Virus record (IMG/VR): IMGVR_UViG_3300044728_000163
Span: 8,465 to 72,464 of that record
From: a virus
Taxonomy: Duplodnaviria > Caudoviricetes
Direction: 5' to 3' (one strand)
Length of the DNA stretch: 64,000 bases
Shown here in pieces: positions 45,701 through 55,055 of the stretch (the stretch's first letter is position 1; each line of letters begins with the position of its first letter). Below the pieces are notes generated by a model that worked only from the letters and a program-made list of their open reading frames with translations, did not search any database and had not been told where the DNA came from. Position numbers and translations under genes: made by a program.

Positions 45701-48700
45701 CGCCGCCGGGGGCCATGTTCTTCACGGCTATTTGGTCGCGCGCTTTCTGAATGAGCAGTTCTCGCGCGTCGGCGTTCATCCCCAGCGTTTTGGTCTGCAA
45801 CTGAACCAGGGCGATCTCATCTTTAGTGGCTATGTTGGCCTTGTTGAGCGTGACCTTGGCCGCGGCGGCGGCTTGTTTCTCCATCTCAAGCGTCAATACG
45901 GCGGTGGCCTTGGTCGCGTCGTCCGAACCCTCTTTGTAATGCTTGTTCGCTTCCGCCAGCGCCTTGTTGGCGATTTCCGTATGGAAAGCGGCTTCCGCGC
46001 CCTTCCGCCACGACTCGGCTAAATTATCGTTGGCGGCGGTATCTTCCTTGAGCGCGCGGACCTGAAGGTCAATCGCGGGAACGCTGTCGTACAGTTCCTT
46101 GGTGAGCGCCGCCGCTTGTTGCGCCAGCGCGGCGCTGGCCGGGTTGGCCTTCGCCGCGTCCTGGGCATACTTCAACCGGGTCGTGAGTTCCTCGGCACGG
46201 CGCGCGGGTGTATTCGCCGCCTGTTCCGCTTCCAGCTTCCGTGTCGATTCAAGTTGTTCATCGTACAGCTTATTTATTTGCGCCTCGGCGGCGATTCTCT
46301 CGTCGGTTACCGGCCCGAATTTCTCCCTTACCGCGATCAGGGCTTTTTCCCTGTTCGCCTGGATTTGCGCCGCTTCCGATCCATGTTGCCACGCGAGGCT
46401 CATGCGGCTGTTGGCGTCGATTTCTTCCTTGATTTTACGGACCTGGGCATCGAACGCCGGGACCGTCTCGTAGATGGCCCTGGTGAGTTCCGTTTGTTGT
46501 TGCTTCCACGCGACGTTGTTGGGGTCGAGTTTCAGTAGTTCCTTGGTGGCTTCCAGTTCGCGGTTGAGCGCCTCGACGCGCCGCTGCGGCGTGGCTTTCG
46601 CCGACGCGGCATCGCTCAGTTCGGCGGCTCTGGTCTGTTCGTTGAACGCCGCGGCCAGTTTCGCCTGGAGCGGAATGAGTTCCGCGCTGTCCTTGCCCAC
46701 CAGCCGGAGCGCCTCGGCCCTGGCTTTATTCGCGTTGGCCTGGATGATCGCCGCGTCGTTGCCCTGGCCCCAGGCGTCCTTTTGCCGACTCTCGGCGTCG
46801 ATGCTCTCCTTGATCGAGTTAACCAGCTTATCGATCTCGGGGATGGCCTCGCTGATCTGTCTGTTGAGGTCTCGCCGCATCTGGAGGTAGGCCTCGTTTT
46901 TCGGGTCGAGAACCAGGGCGTTGTTGATCACCTGAAGCGATTTGCCGAGCGCCTCGGCCTGTTTCGCTGGTTGGCCCGCCGAGAGCGCGTTGGCCATGTC
47001 GATGATGGTCTTGGTCTGGTTGGCCATACCGGCGGCACTGAAGACGGTCGTGGGACCGCCTTCCGGATCTCTTCCGCTCATCGCTCTCAGGCGCGCGTTC
47101 AGCGCGTTGGTGAACTCAGGCAGGGTGATGCCTTGCTGCCCACCTCCCGGCATCGACGGCCAGACTTCTTTCAGCGCCGCCGGGATGCCCGCCGTGCGGC
47201 CCGCCAGGAGATCGGCGTTCAGGTCGCGCCCGGTCACCCTCTTGTAGGTCGATTGAGCCAGTGCCCACGCCGCCTTGTCCTGTTCGGCGGGACTGAACCC
47301 GGTCAGGCCGAGTTCGCTCGCGATGGGCTGGTAGGTCGAGGACAGGAACTGGTAGCGACCGGCGGCGTCGCTGGTCGTGTTGGTCCCCGGTATCCGCACG
47401 GGGACCATGGGATGGCTGGCGTAACTGTCGAAGGTCTGCGGCCCCGCCGAGCCGCCGTAGCGGACGTTGTAGCGACCGCCTGACTCGGGACCGGCGATGA
47501 CATCCAGCAACGCCCTGGCGACCGCCGTGAGGCTCGCGTCGGCGGTGCCGCCATAGGTCGTCGTGGGCCGCATTCCGGCGGGCAGATTGCCGCCCGCGGG
47601 GCCACCCGGCCACCAACTGCCATACAGCGCGGGACCGCCGGTCTTTTGCGCCCAGTCGTTCAGGTCGCGCAGCGCCTGGACGGACATCGCCGTTCCCTTG
47701 ATGATGGCGGCACCCATCGCTCCCGCGGCGGTGCCGATGCCATCGAACGCCTGTTGGCCCGACTGCCCGGTCGCGGTGAAGGCCTTGCCCAGATCCTCCA
47801 CCGCCCTTTGCCACAGCGTCCGCTCCAGCGGCTTACCGGCGTCCTGCACCGCCTTCAGCGCGACGGCGAACGCAGCCGCCTTATCGCCACCCATCGCCAG
47901 CAACCGCGCGTGATCGACCAGATTGGCATCGACGCCTTTCAGCGTTTTTTCCATCTCGGCGAGGAACGCCACCGGATCTTTCAGCGCCTGGCCAAGCTGC
48001 GCCATGTCCAGTTCCGCCTTGCCTTGCGCGGAGGACAACCGGGCGAACGCATCGATGATCGCCTCGACCTCTCGCGCCCCGCCGACGAACCCCGGCGTGG
48101 TGACGATGGCCTTGGCCGCGGCCCGCGCGTCGGCGGTGCTGGTCGGCGTGTTTTTGGCGATGTCGTTCGCCGCCTGGGTCGCCACGCTGGCGAGGTTCTT
48201 GTAGTCGTCGGAGACGAGCGATATTTCGTTACGCAACCCGGTCAACCGGCGGGCCGCGCTTTCCGACGAGGAAATCAGCAAGGCGAGCGAACTGACCACC
48301 GTGACCATACCGGTGATGAACAGGCCGATGGGCGACATGATCGCCTTGAACACGACCCCCAGGATGCTGAACCCGGTGCCGCTGGAAATCGCCACGTCGA
48401 TGATCTGGTGGCCTTGCTGGATCAGCGTCATGAGGATCGGCTGACCGGTGGCGATTCCGGAGATCAACTGCGACGTTTGCACGGTCAACTGTTGCGTGGC
48501 GAACTTCATCTGGCCAACGGAAACGGTGCCGTCATCTACCTTTTTCTTATGATCGACGTGCGCTCTGCTGACGCCGTTGATCGCGTCCACCTGTTTATTG
48601 TAGCTGTTCAGCGCCTCGGCCCGCGCCGCGTTGGCCACCGCCGTTCCATCGGCGACGTTCTTCTCCCACACGGCGATCTCGGCCAGCTTGGCCTTGTACG

Positions 48701-50084
48701 CCTCCTCGGCGGCGAACAGCTTATCGAACCCAGCGCGCATCGCGTTGAGTTCTTCCGGCGTGGGACCGCCCGTCCCGCCGCCCGCGGCATCCCTTTTCTT
48801 GATCGCCACGACCTCGGCGTCATAAGCCGCCGTGGTCCGTTTGATCGCCGCCGTTATCGCGTCCGACATGGTGGGCAACAGCTTCTCAGCCGCCAACAGC
48901 CGGTCGATCTCCTTGTTGTATTTCTGGGTCGCCGCGAACAATGGATCGATGCTGGCGCGCAACGCATCAAAATCGACATGAGCGTCGCCCAGTTCATTGA
49001 TCGCCTTGACGTTCGCGTAATACGCGGCGGCTACTTTCGCCAGTTCCTTCTCGATCACGGCGGCGCTGGACCCCAGCTTGGCGTGATCGGATATGACATC
49101 CGCTAACTCGTTCTGATACTTTTGCAGCGCGGCGGTGAGCGGATCGTACTTGGCCGTTAACTTGTCCAGGCCCAGGAACACGGCTTCCAGTTCTTGCTGG
49201 CGCTTCTCTTGCGCCGCGCCATAAAGCCGGTCGGTGATGACGAGCGTGTTGTCGAGTTGACGCGCCACGGGAGCCGCTCCTGGCTTCACCCGCGGGTCGA
49301 AGGTCATCTGATTCGCCGCGATGACACTAAGCTTCATCGCGCGGGCAGCGGCCTCGACATCGTACATGTGCGCTTCAACGTCGGTCATGCCCTTGACCGC
49401 GTCGCTGGTGCCGCCGGACAGCCGCCTGTAAGCGTCCCCGGCTTCGTTTACCGATATGACTTCCTTGTCCAGGGCGAACTGAATCTCGGCCACCGCGGCG
49501 GCGAACGCCTTTTGCTGGGCTTCCAATGGCACCAACTTGGCGCGCAGCCCATCGACATCGACGGCGACCTCTTTCACCCCCTTGGACAGTCGTTCCGCCG
49601 TCGTGCTCATGAACGCCATCGCGTCGGCGGCTTCGATGGTCCCGGCTTCCAACTGGGCCATGACGCCGATGAGTTCTTTCTCGCGCATCTCCAGTTGTTT
49701 GACCCGCGCGATGGCTTCTTCGTCTTTTATCTTCTTGGCGATCAACAGTGTGTCGACGCCCTTAATCGCCTGTCCGACCTTGCCCATCTCCCGCGACAGA
49801 GAGGTGTGGGCGAAGATCAGCGGGTCCATGCGGCCCAGGTAAGCGTCGGAGTCGGCCTTCGCCTTGCGGAGCGCCCCCGCCGTGATGGTCAGCGAGTCGG
49901 CTACATCTATTCCCGCTTCCGCCGCCCGTTGGGTGGCGGCGGTGTTCTGCATGATTGTCGCGGTGGTCTTGTCGAACTCGCGTTGCGCCGCCCGCTGCGC
50001 CGCCGCCAGTTGCGCCATGCTGAGTTCGGCCTGATCGGCATCGATAATAATCTCGGTAACGATCTGATTTGTCGTGCCGCTCAC
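42768..50084 (-). CDS. Tape measure protein with embedded lysozyme domain
   Basis: 2438 aa, Ala-rich and helical, follows the tail chaperones; internal LLDVIAGPES...AAGRYQFL...FSPAEQDKAA. Confidence 0.9.
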   Translation of the reverse strand: MSGTTNQIVTEIIIDADQAELSMAQLAAAQRAAQREFDKTTATIMQNTAATQRAAEAGIDVADSLTITAGALRKAKADSDAYLGRMDPLIFAHTSLSREMGKVGQAIKGVDTLLIAKKIKDEEAIARVKQLEMREKELIGVMAQLEAGTIEAADAMAFMSTTAERLSKGVKEVAVDVDGLRAKLVPLEAQQKAFAAAVAEIQFALDKEVISVNEAGDAYRRLSGGTSDAVKGMTDVEAHMYDVEAAARAMKLSVIAANQMTFDPRVKPGAAPVARQLDNTLVITDRLYGAAQEKRQQELEAVFLGLDKLTAKYDPLTAALQKYQNELADVISDHAKLGSSAAVIEKELAKVAAAYYANVKAINELGDAHVDFDALRASIDPLFAATQKYNKEIDRLLAAEKLLPTMSDAITAAIKRTTAAYDAEVVAIKKRDAAGGGTGGPTPEELNAMRAGFDKLFAAEEAYKAKLAEIAVWEKNVADGTAVANAARAEALNSYNKQVDAINGVSRAHVDHKKKVDDGTVSVGQMKFATQQLTVQTSQLISGIATGQPILMTLIQQGHQIIDVAISSGTGFSILGVVFKAIMSPIGLFITGMVTVVSSLALLISSSESAARRLTGLRNEISLVSDDYKNLASVATQAANDIAKNTPTSTADARAAAKAIVTTPGFVGGAREVEAIIDAFARLSSAQGKAELDMAQLGQALKDPVAFLAEMEKTLKGVDANLVDHARLLAMGGDKAAAFAVALKAVQDAGKPLERTLWQRAVEDLGKAFTATGQSGQQAFDGIGTAAGAMGAAIIKGTAMSVQALRDLNDWAQKTGGPALYGSWWPGGPAGGNLPAGMRPTTTYGGTADASLTAVARALLDVIAGPESGGRYNVRYGGSAGPQTFDSYASHPMVPVRIPGTNTTSDAAGRYQFLSSTYQPIASELGLTGFSPAEQDKAAWALAQSTYKRVTGRDLNADLLAGRTAGIPAALKEVWPSMPGGGQQGITLPEFTNALNARLRAMSGRDPEGGPTTVFSAAGMANQTKTIIDMANALSAGQPAKQAEALGKSLQVINNALVLDPKNEAYLQMRRDLNRQISEAIPEIDKLVNSIKESIDAESRQKDAWGQGNDAAIIQANANKARAEALRLVGKDSAELIPLQAKLAAAFNEQTRAAELSDAASAKATPQRRVEALNRELEATKELLKLDPNNVAWKQQQTELTRAIYETVPAFDAQVRKIKEEIDANSRMSLAWQHGSEAAQIQANREKALIAVREKFGPVTDERIAAEAQINKLYDEQLESTRKLEAEQAANTPARRAEELTTRLKYAQDAAKANPASAALAQQAAALTKELYDSVPAIDLQVRALKEDTAANDNLAESWRKGAEAAFHTEIANKALAEANKHYKEGSDDATKATAVLTLEMEKQAAAAAKVTLNKANIATKDEIALVQLQTKTLGMNADARELLIQKARDQIAVKNMAPGGEKEDKAERQSLLDDLARQNLALKNIEASVTAVSSAFTQAFDTIGNSITQALISGQGAAVNWKNVMVAAAQQVLQAFLKLAFVGPFLNYLGIGPRQPELFEGLNAIFAGGGAAGGRVTDDTSGRSTNGIGGSLSTYASGAGTLADLFGLKEGIGGSINSALGGPGGSLWATKGGGTIFTPITNYLGGPASNLFGSYGAAGSTVGGSLAGIGGGIAGGFVLGSLAGEGIQGARGTTGPAPEIGAGAGALMGTLAGFLITGGNPLGALIGGILGGTLGGGAGGFIGPKKASPYSSTLIDIADGHAVIGRTIGQGVDTDAERTQAIKDVDALNSYLDSVSLKLSSLGDVGQLGSNTPYGYQDPTKFKDLATGFDQLRFKSEDPKLNAYLQRTSFPDSATLQKAISDYHVLVENTIPTLMNFGKTTGTVEAAVKELNDAFNAAVEGSKKYGLATEDLTKAQAAGEAKIRDAANAQIRDFDTTLRIRRMQANGEDPRAIALASFDQGADQQRDAYKKQLVGMFGDAFTSTAYYADQMRQLEETLGAERVALVRQAAEQMRAAERQIRDIDEDLAVRLSNATPGDAQGKELFAFDVKANRETRQFGDQLVGIYGEAFRTTQAYADQINLMERVHGAERAEIVRKYAEAITAAWKSLTRADEDFNVRINAATKSTGPYDDLNKELYSFDVRARREREDFSDGMIASFGEAFRSTQAYADQMALEERTLGAERLAIIRKYNEQIEAAWKTVVAADEDLNARRVNAGSASAQDKELFSFDLSASRQRVAFRDQLIGLFGESFTASQSYADQMSLLEVTLGEERLAIVKKYADEITAKSEAAAATAAGSITSLVAYAQGLQTSNASPLSPQDQLSLARSRFNAVSGAAGAGDYTSIQQLQGYADTFLNASRAVYGSGEAYVSDFQRVLEALGAVANVAPDTLTASVLQVETRSQTAELVSSLADLKAAVETITTQLRQNSTAPARIAA

Positions 50085-50368
50085 TGTTCGGAGTCCTTTT
50101 GCGCCTGCGCCTGGGCGCGTAGCCAGAGGTCATCCATCCGCTCGATCAAAGCGACCTCCCACGACAAAAGGCTCAGACCCGACAGGCGCGAAAACGCCTC
50201 GATGTCTGGCCATTCCAGCGGCGAATGGCCAAAGCCATTGCCGCCTTTCCGTCCACGCAGTCGATGGTAGACACGCCAGAGGTACATCATGGACATCGGG
50301 AATTCCGGCATCCACAACTCGGCCTCGTACTCGGCTCGCTTCTCCGCGCGCCGCGACCGGTTCAGCAA
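50081..50368 (-). CDS. Tail assembly chaperone, frameshift (GT-like) extension
   Basis: LWRVYHRLRGRKGGNGFG..PLEWPDIEAF...WEVALIERMDDLWL; lies in the -1 frame of the upstream chaperone. Confidence 0.75.
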   Translation of the reverse strand: MLNRSRRAEKRAEYEAELWMPEFPMSMMYLWRVYHRLRGRKGGNGFGHSPLEWPDIEAFSRLSGLSLLSWEVALIERMDDLWLRAQAQAQKDSEQ

Positions 50369-50406
50369 ACCCTCGAGAGTTTCCCGCCAGGAAACCCCGC
50401 TTTTGT

Positions 50407-50898
50407 CTACTGCGTTAAGTCTGAACTCGCACTCGGCGAAGTCTGTGAGGTCGTCGCCGAGCGTTTTGTAAAACTTTCGTCGGAATTGAAGTACTCCAGA
50501 AGTTGTAAGTAAACTTTCCCGAACGATGGATCGAGTAACAGACCCACGACATTCTCGCGCGTGTAGGGATAGTCGTTCCCGTTCAGCTTGATCGGGGTCC
50601 AGCCCAGGACGCGGGTGGCGAAGCTTTCCGCGTTCTCCCTTCTCATGTCATCCGGTGTGCGATCCGGCTCGACCCATTTACGCCGGTTGACCACCGCCTG
50701 TTCGCGCAGCCGGGTCAGCCGCAACGCATCCCGCGCCGCGATATTCGCCGACTCGATCGACTTTGGGTGGCCAGGACCGGCGAGCGTCCACACCCATGTG
50801 GTTGGCGCGCCGGTCAACGGATGAACGATGGCCAGTTCATCCGTCTCCGTCGATTTGAGGTCACTGAGATCGAAAGCGTCCCCGTTCTCCATAAGCAC
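50407..50898 (-). CDS. Tail assembly chaperone (G-like)
   Basis: Between tail tube and TMP; IVHPLTGAPT...LAGPGHP. Confidence 0.75.
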   Translation of the reverse strand: MLMENGDAFDLSDLKSTETDELAIVHPLTGAPTTWVWTLAGPGHPKSIESANIAARDALRLTRLREQAVVNRRKWVEPDRTPDDMRRENAESFATRVLGWTPIKLNGNDYPYTRENVVGLLLDPSFGKVYLQLLEYFNSDESFTKRSATTSQTSPSASSDLTQ

Positions 50899-50907
50899 TC
50901 CTTCTTG

Positions 50908-52155
50908 TTAAGACGAACTCTGGATCTTGATCATCGTCGCATCGTAACCAGCCCCGCCGTTGTCCATGCCGACCAGCGCCATGGGCACCGTGATGGACTG
51001 CGTGCGCGGCCCGCCTTCTTTCGAATAGGCGCTCTTCGACAAACCGCCAAGGGTAAGATTCGGAACCGTAATTGATACGAAACTCTTAGGTTCCGCCTCA
51101 TTCTCCACCGCGAGGATGTGGATGGAGTACTGCGTTTCGGCTACGAAATCATTGAGGAACTGCAAGTCTTTTCGCAAACACGTAAAGTTGATGCCGATTC
51201 CCATCTGACCCGTGAACACATCCGGCCCATATTTTATGTTTCCGGAGCCGAACACGTCGGGCGACATCGGGGTGATATCCATGGTCAGGTCGAACGATGT
51301 CAGATCGACCATGTCCTGGTTGCCGATGCGGACGGTGGCGTCCACGACCGCCAATGGCAGGGTCGAGGAGGGGACCGGCGCGGTGAACACGGGTGCCGAC
51401 GCGGACGGGTAGGTCTGCATCTGCCCGGTGCCGACGCCGCTGGGATCGACCGTGATGATCCCGTTCGGAGCCATCCCCAGCCGCATCGCGCCCCACACGA
51501 AATCGGACATCACCTCGGAGGTGTCCACGTCGATCTCATACTCTTCGACGGTGAAGTAGCGTTTGATCAACTGGGTACCCGTCTGGATCAGCTTCTTGCC
51601 GGGGCGGGTGATAGTGAACGTGGTGTCCGCCGTGGGAGCGGGGGCAAGCTGTTCAGCGACCGAGATGACGGTCGGCGTCAGGGCGGCGATGCGGAGGTTC
51701 TTGCCGTTGTTCAGCGGATCGCTGTGACCGCTGATGCGGATGATGTCGTTAACCCGCAGTCCAGCCGTGATCCACGAGCCGCCCGCGGCGGTGATGGTGC
51801 CGCCGCCGACGCCGGTCGCGGTGACGATGGACAACAGCCCACCCGTGGACTCGGTGATCGTCAGATCAGCGGTTGACCATGTGTCGCGCATGATCGCCTC
51901 GATGATCTGGTCGAAGCTGCCAAGCGAACCTTCCGCGCTCCACGCGCCCACGGTCTTTTGGATGCCGTGACGGCCCCGCGTCCGCATTCCATCGTAACGA
52001 ACTTCGTTACTCTCGGTGGCGGCCTTGGTGAGGCTTCCGCCCGACCCGCCAGCGACGCGCAGGATGGACGCACCGGCACCGGTCGCTGGCACACCGAGTC
52101 CGGACTGGGCTTTGTAGGCGACGATGGAGTTGGATTGAGTTTGATATACGGGCAT
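50908..52155 (-). CDS. Major tail (tube) protein
   Basis: 415 aa Thr/Ser/Gly-rich beta protein in the canonical position; YFTVEEYE, GQMGIGINFT. Confidence 0.75.
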   Translation of the reverse strand: MPVYQTQSNSIVAYKAQSGLGVPATGAGASILRVAGGSGGSLTKAATESNEVRYDGMRTRGRHGIQKTVGAWSAEGSLGSFDQIIEAIMRDTWSTADLTITESTGGLLSIVTATGVGGGTITAAGGSWITAGLRVNDIIRISGHSDPLNNGKNLRIAALTPTVISVAEQLAPAPTADTTFTITRPGKKLIQTGTQLIKRYFTVEEYEIDVDTSEVMSDFVWGAMRLGMAPNGIITVDPSGVGTGQMQTYPSASAPVFTAPVPSSTLPLAVVDATVRIGNQDMVDLTSFDLTMDITPMSPDVFGSGNIKYGPDVFTGQMGIGINFTCLRKDLQFLNDFVAETQYSIHILAVENEAEPKSFVSITVPNLTLGGLSKSAYSKEGGPRTQSITVPMALVGMDNGGAGYDATMIKIQSSS

Positions 52156-52193
52156 TTCTGACTCCTTTCGAGAGCGAACCGTTAGCGAACCTT

Positions 52194-52631
52194 TCAGTTC
52201 GTGTAGTAGAAATCGAAGGGCACGCTACAAAGCAGAATCGCATAGTTCCCTGCTTCATCCGTCGCCACGCTGTCGTAAGCCGAGAAGTCAAGAGTTCTGA
52301 CTGTCTGTCCGAGTTCGGGCACCCTGCCGAATTCAGCCCTTTCCATGAAAGCCGCCAGCGCGTCGGCGACATCCAGGGAATCATCCATCCCGGTATTCCA
52401 GGGTGCCCAGATGTAGAACCGTATCAATCCGGGGTGGATATAAAGTTGGTTGCCACGCTGGCTGAACCCGGTCAGCGCGTTGTAGCCACCGATGATTTCA
52501 CACTCGACAAACGGCGAGGCGGTCTGCATCGGGTCTTGCCCGTCCCAGTTCTCGTTCGCCCACCGCAGTGGAAGCGCGTTGAAGTTGGCGTCCACATGCG
52601 CGCGGATCGCCTTGATCGCCGGTCCAAGCAT
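52194..52631 (-). CDS. Tail terminator/completion protein
   Basis: Position before the tail tube; PFVECEI...GLIRFYIWAP...G....ADALAA...VPFDFYY. Confidence 0.7.
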   Translation of the reverse strand: MLGPAIKAIRAHVDANFNALPLRWANENWDGQDPMQTASPFVECEIIGGYNALTGFSQRGNQLYIHPGLIRFYIWAPWNTGMDDSLDVADALAAFMERAEFGRVPELGQTVRTLDFSAYDSVATDEAGNYAILLCSVPFDFYYTN

Positions 52632-52634
52632 TGG

Positions 52635-53375
52635 TTACCTCGCTTCGATCTCCAGCGCCGGGAAACGATCTTTCGCGTCGTTGCCGTGGCGCGGCCCGCC
52701 CTGTGAATGGAAGCGTCCCAGTTTGTTTCGCCTTGGCGTGCGCGCGATGGCCTCTTGTTCGATCAGCGCGCCCTCGACATTGCCGTGATAGGCGAAACGG
52801 ATGATCGCGACCTTTTCGTACTTGTTCTTCAGGTCGCGCGCGGTGACCTCGTAGACGCCGTTCGGTGCCTGGGCGGACAGGCCGGGACGCCGCTGGGTCA
52901 GCCGCGCGCGATACTTATGCTTCGCCCCACCCTCGATCTTCCTGGCGTAGGGTTTGACGTTGATGATGACGACCTTGTCACCCTTCCTGAGTTCGACCTT
53001 GGTGCCACCTTGCAACATCACGTCGCGGCGCTGGCCGTTGACGTAGAGTAAATGGTTGTCACGATAGTGCCCGTTCCTGCCGGGTCCGACCGGTGAGCGA
53101 GAGATCAACAGCCGCAGCGCTTCATCGACCACATTGGTGTGCAAGTGGAAGATCGTGTCGGTGACCGATTGGGCCTGGTTCAGCGGCTTGCCAACCTGGC
53201 CGTCCACGATCAGTTCAGTCGGTGCCGGGGAGCCGAACGCCTGCATGATGCGGTTCTGGTTCAAATCCGTCAGCCGTTTCGTCTCGCTGATCAGCATCTC
53301 GCGGGTATTCGCGCGATAAATCTTGATCAGGTCATCGACCTTTTGCGGCGTGAAACCCAGCATCCCGGCCATCAC
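52635..53375 (-). CDS. Neck/tail completion protein
   Basis: SPVGPGRNGHYRDNH and NVKPYARKIE resemble HK97 gp10-like motifs; position fits. Confidence 0.6.
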   Translation of the reverse strand: MMAGMLGFTPQKVDDLIKIYRANTREMLISETKRLTDLNQNRIMQAFGSPAPTELIVDGQVGKPLNQAQSVTDTIFHLHTNVVDEALRLLISRSPVGPGRNGHYRDNHLLYVNGQRRDVMLQGGTKVELRKGDKVVIINVKPYARKIEGGAKHKYRARLTQRRPGLSAQAPNGVYEVTARDLKNKYEKVAIIRFAYHGNVEGALIEQEAIARTPRRNKLGRFHSQGGPRHGNDAKDRFPALEIEAR

Positions 53376-53722
53376 GCCATCCCCATTACCTGCATGATAT
53401 GCTCCGCGATCACGCCGCCGGGTGCCGCGACCTGGACGCCCTGCACCGTGTAGGTCGTCGCGGCGATGATGATCTGATCACCCCTGCGGATCGGCAGGGG
53501 AAAGCCGCTGGCGGTGATTTCCTTGTTCGACACCCGCACATCAATGCGACCCTGCACCACGCCACCCACGGCCTCCCCAGGCGCGACAAACGTGGGCACG
53601 CATTTCAACGTCACCTCGACCCGCGGCTGGGTTTTGGTCGCCAGCCGGATCAACGTGCCGGGTTCGCCGACGCGATCGATCGCCGCGGCGACCTGTTTGG
53701 CGACATAGTCCCCTTTGTTCAC
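53372..53722 (-). CDS. Head closure / head-tail joining protein
   Basis: GTGA overlap; IRRGDQIII..TTYTVQGV. Confidence 0.65.
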   Translation of the reverse strand: MNKGDYVAKQVAAAIDRVGEPGTLIRLATKTQPRVEVTLKCVPTFVAPGEAVGGVVQGRIDVRVSNKEITASGFPLPIRRGDQIIIAATTYTVQGVQVAAPGGVIAEHIMQVMGMA

Positions 53723-54387
53723 GTATTGAATTCCTGAAACGGCTGCAGCATCTCGCAAATCTCCGGCGGCAGCGCGGACGTATTCGGCATCGTCATGCTG
53801 TTGTATTCTTCCTTGATCACGCCTGGGATTTCCTGCGATCGTAGGAACCGGTCGCGGCCCCAGGTATCATTGCGGATCTTCAGCAACGACAGGCATGCCG
53901 CCTGCAGATCGGGCGGCAGATCATCGGGGGTGCCGTAGCCGCCCGTGTAGACGATCTCCAGGGACATCATGGCGGCGTTCGACCAATGCCACGACCAGTA
54001 AGACCGCATCCCCTCGTGCAGCCGCCACAGCCGTCCCCTGTAGGCGTCAAGCTGGTAGTCATCCGCGGTCAGCGGCGGGTCTTCATCGATGGAGCCGAAC
54101 GAGGTGATCTCCACCACCGGATAACGGCGCAGATTTAGCGGTCTGATCTCCTGGGAAACCTCCGGAAGGTACCAGTAATCCGCGCCGTGCCAGACTTCCT
54201 TGACCGTCTCCTTCACCAGGACGCGATTGCAGTGCCGTTCGATATAAACGCTGGTTTCACGTATCCACCGCGCCAGCCGCGCATCATTCTCGTCGGTGTC
54301 GATGCCGAGTTCCTCTTTGGCGATATCCAGCGTGGTCAGATCGTGCGTCGCCGCCGGAGTGATCACTTCGATGATCGATGATTTCAT
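53719..54387 (-). CDS. Head-tail connector (adaptor) protein
   Basis: LTTLDIAKEELGI...SVYIERHCNR...IVYTGGY...PPDLQAACL...LPPEICEMLQPF. Confidence 0.8.
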   Translation of the reverse strand: MKSSIIEVITPAATHDLTTLDIAKEELGIDTDENDARLARWIRETSVYIERHCNRVLVKETVKEVWHGADYWYLPEVSQEIRPLNLRRYPVVEITSFGSIDEDPPLTADDYQLDAYRGRLWRLHEGMRSYWSWHWSNAAMMSLEIVYTGGYGTPDDLPPDLQAACLSLLKIRNDTWGRDRFLRSQEIPGVIKEEYNSMTMPNTSALPPEICEMLQPFQEFNT

Positions 54388-55055
54388 GGCCGCGACACCC
54401 TCCGAAACGCGAACGAGGTAATCTCCTCGCGGCCCAGGATCGTCTCCACGTAGCTGACCTCACGCACCGCGAAGCCGAGACACCACATAAAATTGATCAG
54501 GCCATCCCTGCTAAAATACCAATAATGCTCATCCTTGCGATAGTGTTTCGATGCCAGCACGTCATCGGGACCGGCGAATGTCGGCAGCGAGATGAAGACG
54601 CTGTCCTCGACCTGTTCCAGAAGCTTTGGGAAATCGGGAATGTGTTCCAATGAATCCCAAAACGACATCGCCAGGCACGGCTGGCGGTAAGGGTTCCACA
54701 GCTTCTCCTGGGCCTTCAGCCAGGCGACCCCCGCCGGGTTGACATCGTAACCCCACGTAAACGGTCTGGCATCCACGAAAGCCCCGCTGCCGATGCCGAT
54801 GTCAACGAGATGGCCAGTGTAATGCCGCGCGACCAGCGCGATGCGCGCGACATTCAATTTCGCTCCCAGTTCGGTGCGAGCGTATGCCTGATACTTTTCG
54901 AAGTAGGCGGCATCGTAGATCGTGGTGCCGCCGGTCGCCGGGTAGTAGCCGTATCCCAGTTCAGGAAACCAGCAGAGTCCAGTGGACAGCGCCTTCGTCA
55001 GGCAGCGCGGGAAGACCGGGAAAGGCGTGGCAAGGCATTCGCCCAGCGACGCCAT
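54384..55055 (-). CDS. Class I SAM-dependent methyltransferase
   Basis: LVDIGIGSGAF (motif I), GYDVNP, FWDSLEHIPD, KDEHYWYFS. Start uncertain. Confidence 0.75.
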   Translation of the reverse strand: MASLGECLATPFPVFPRCLTKALSTGLCWFPELGYGYYPATGGTTIYDAAYFEKYQAYARTELGAKLNVARIALVARHYTGHLVDIGIGSGAFVDARPFTWGYDVNPAGVAWLKAQEKLWNPYRQPCLAMSFWDSLEHIPDFPKLLEQVEDSVFISLPTFAGPDDVLASKHYRKDEHYWYFSRDGLINFMWCLGFAVREVSYVETILGREEITSFAFRRVSRP

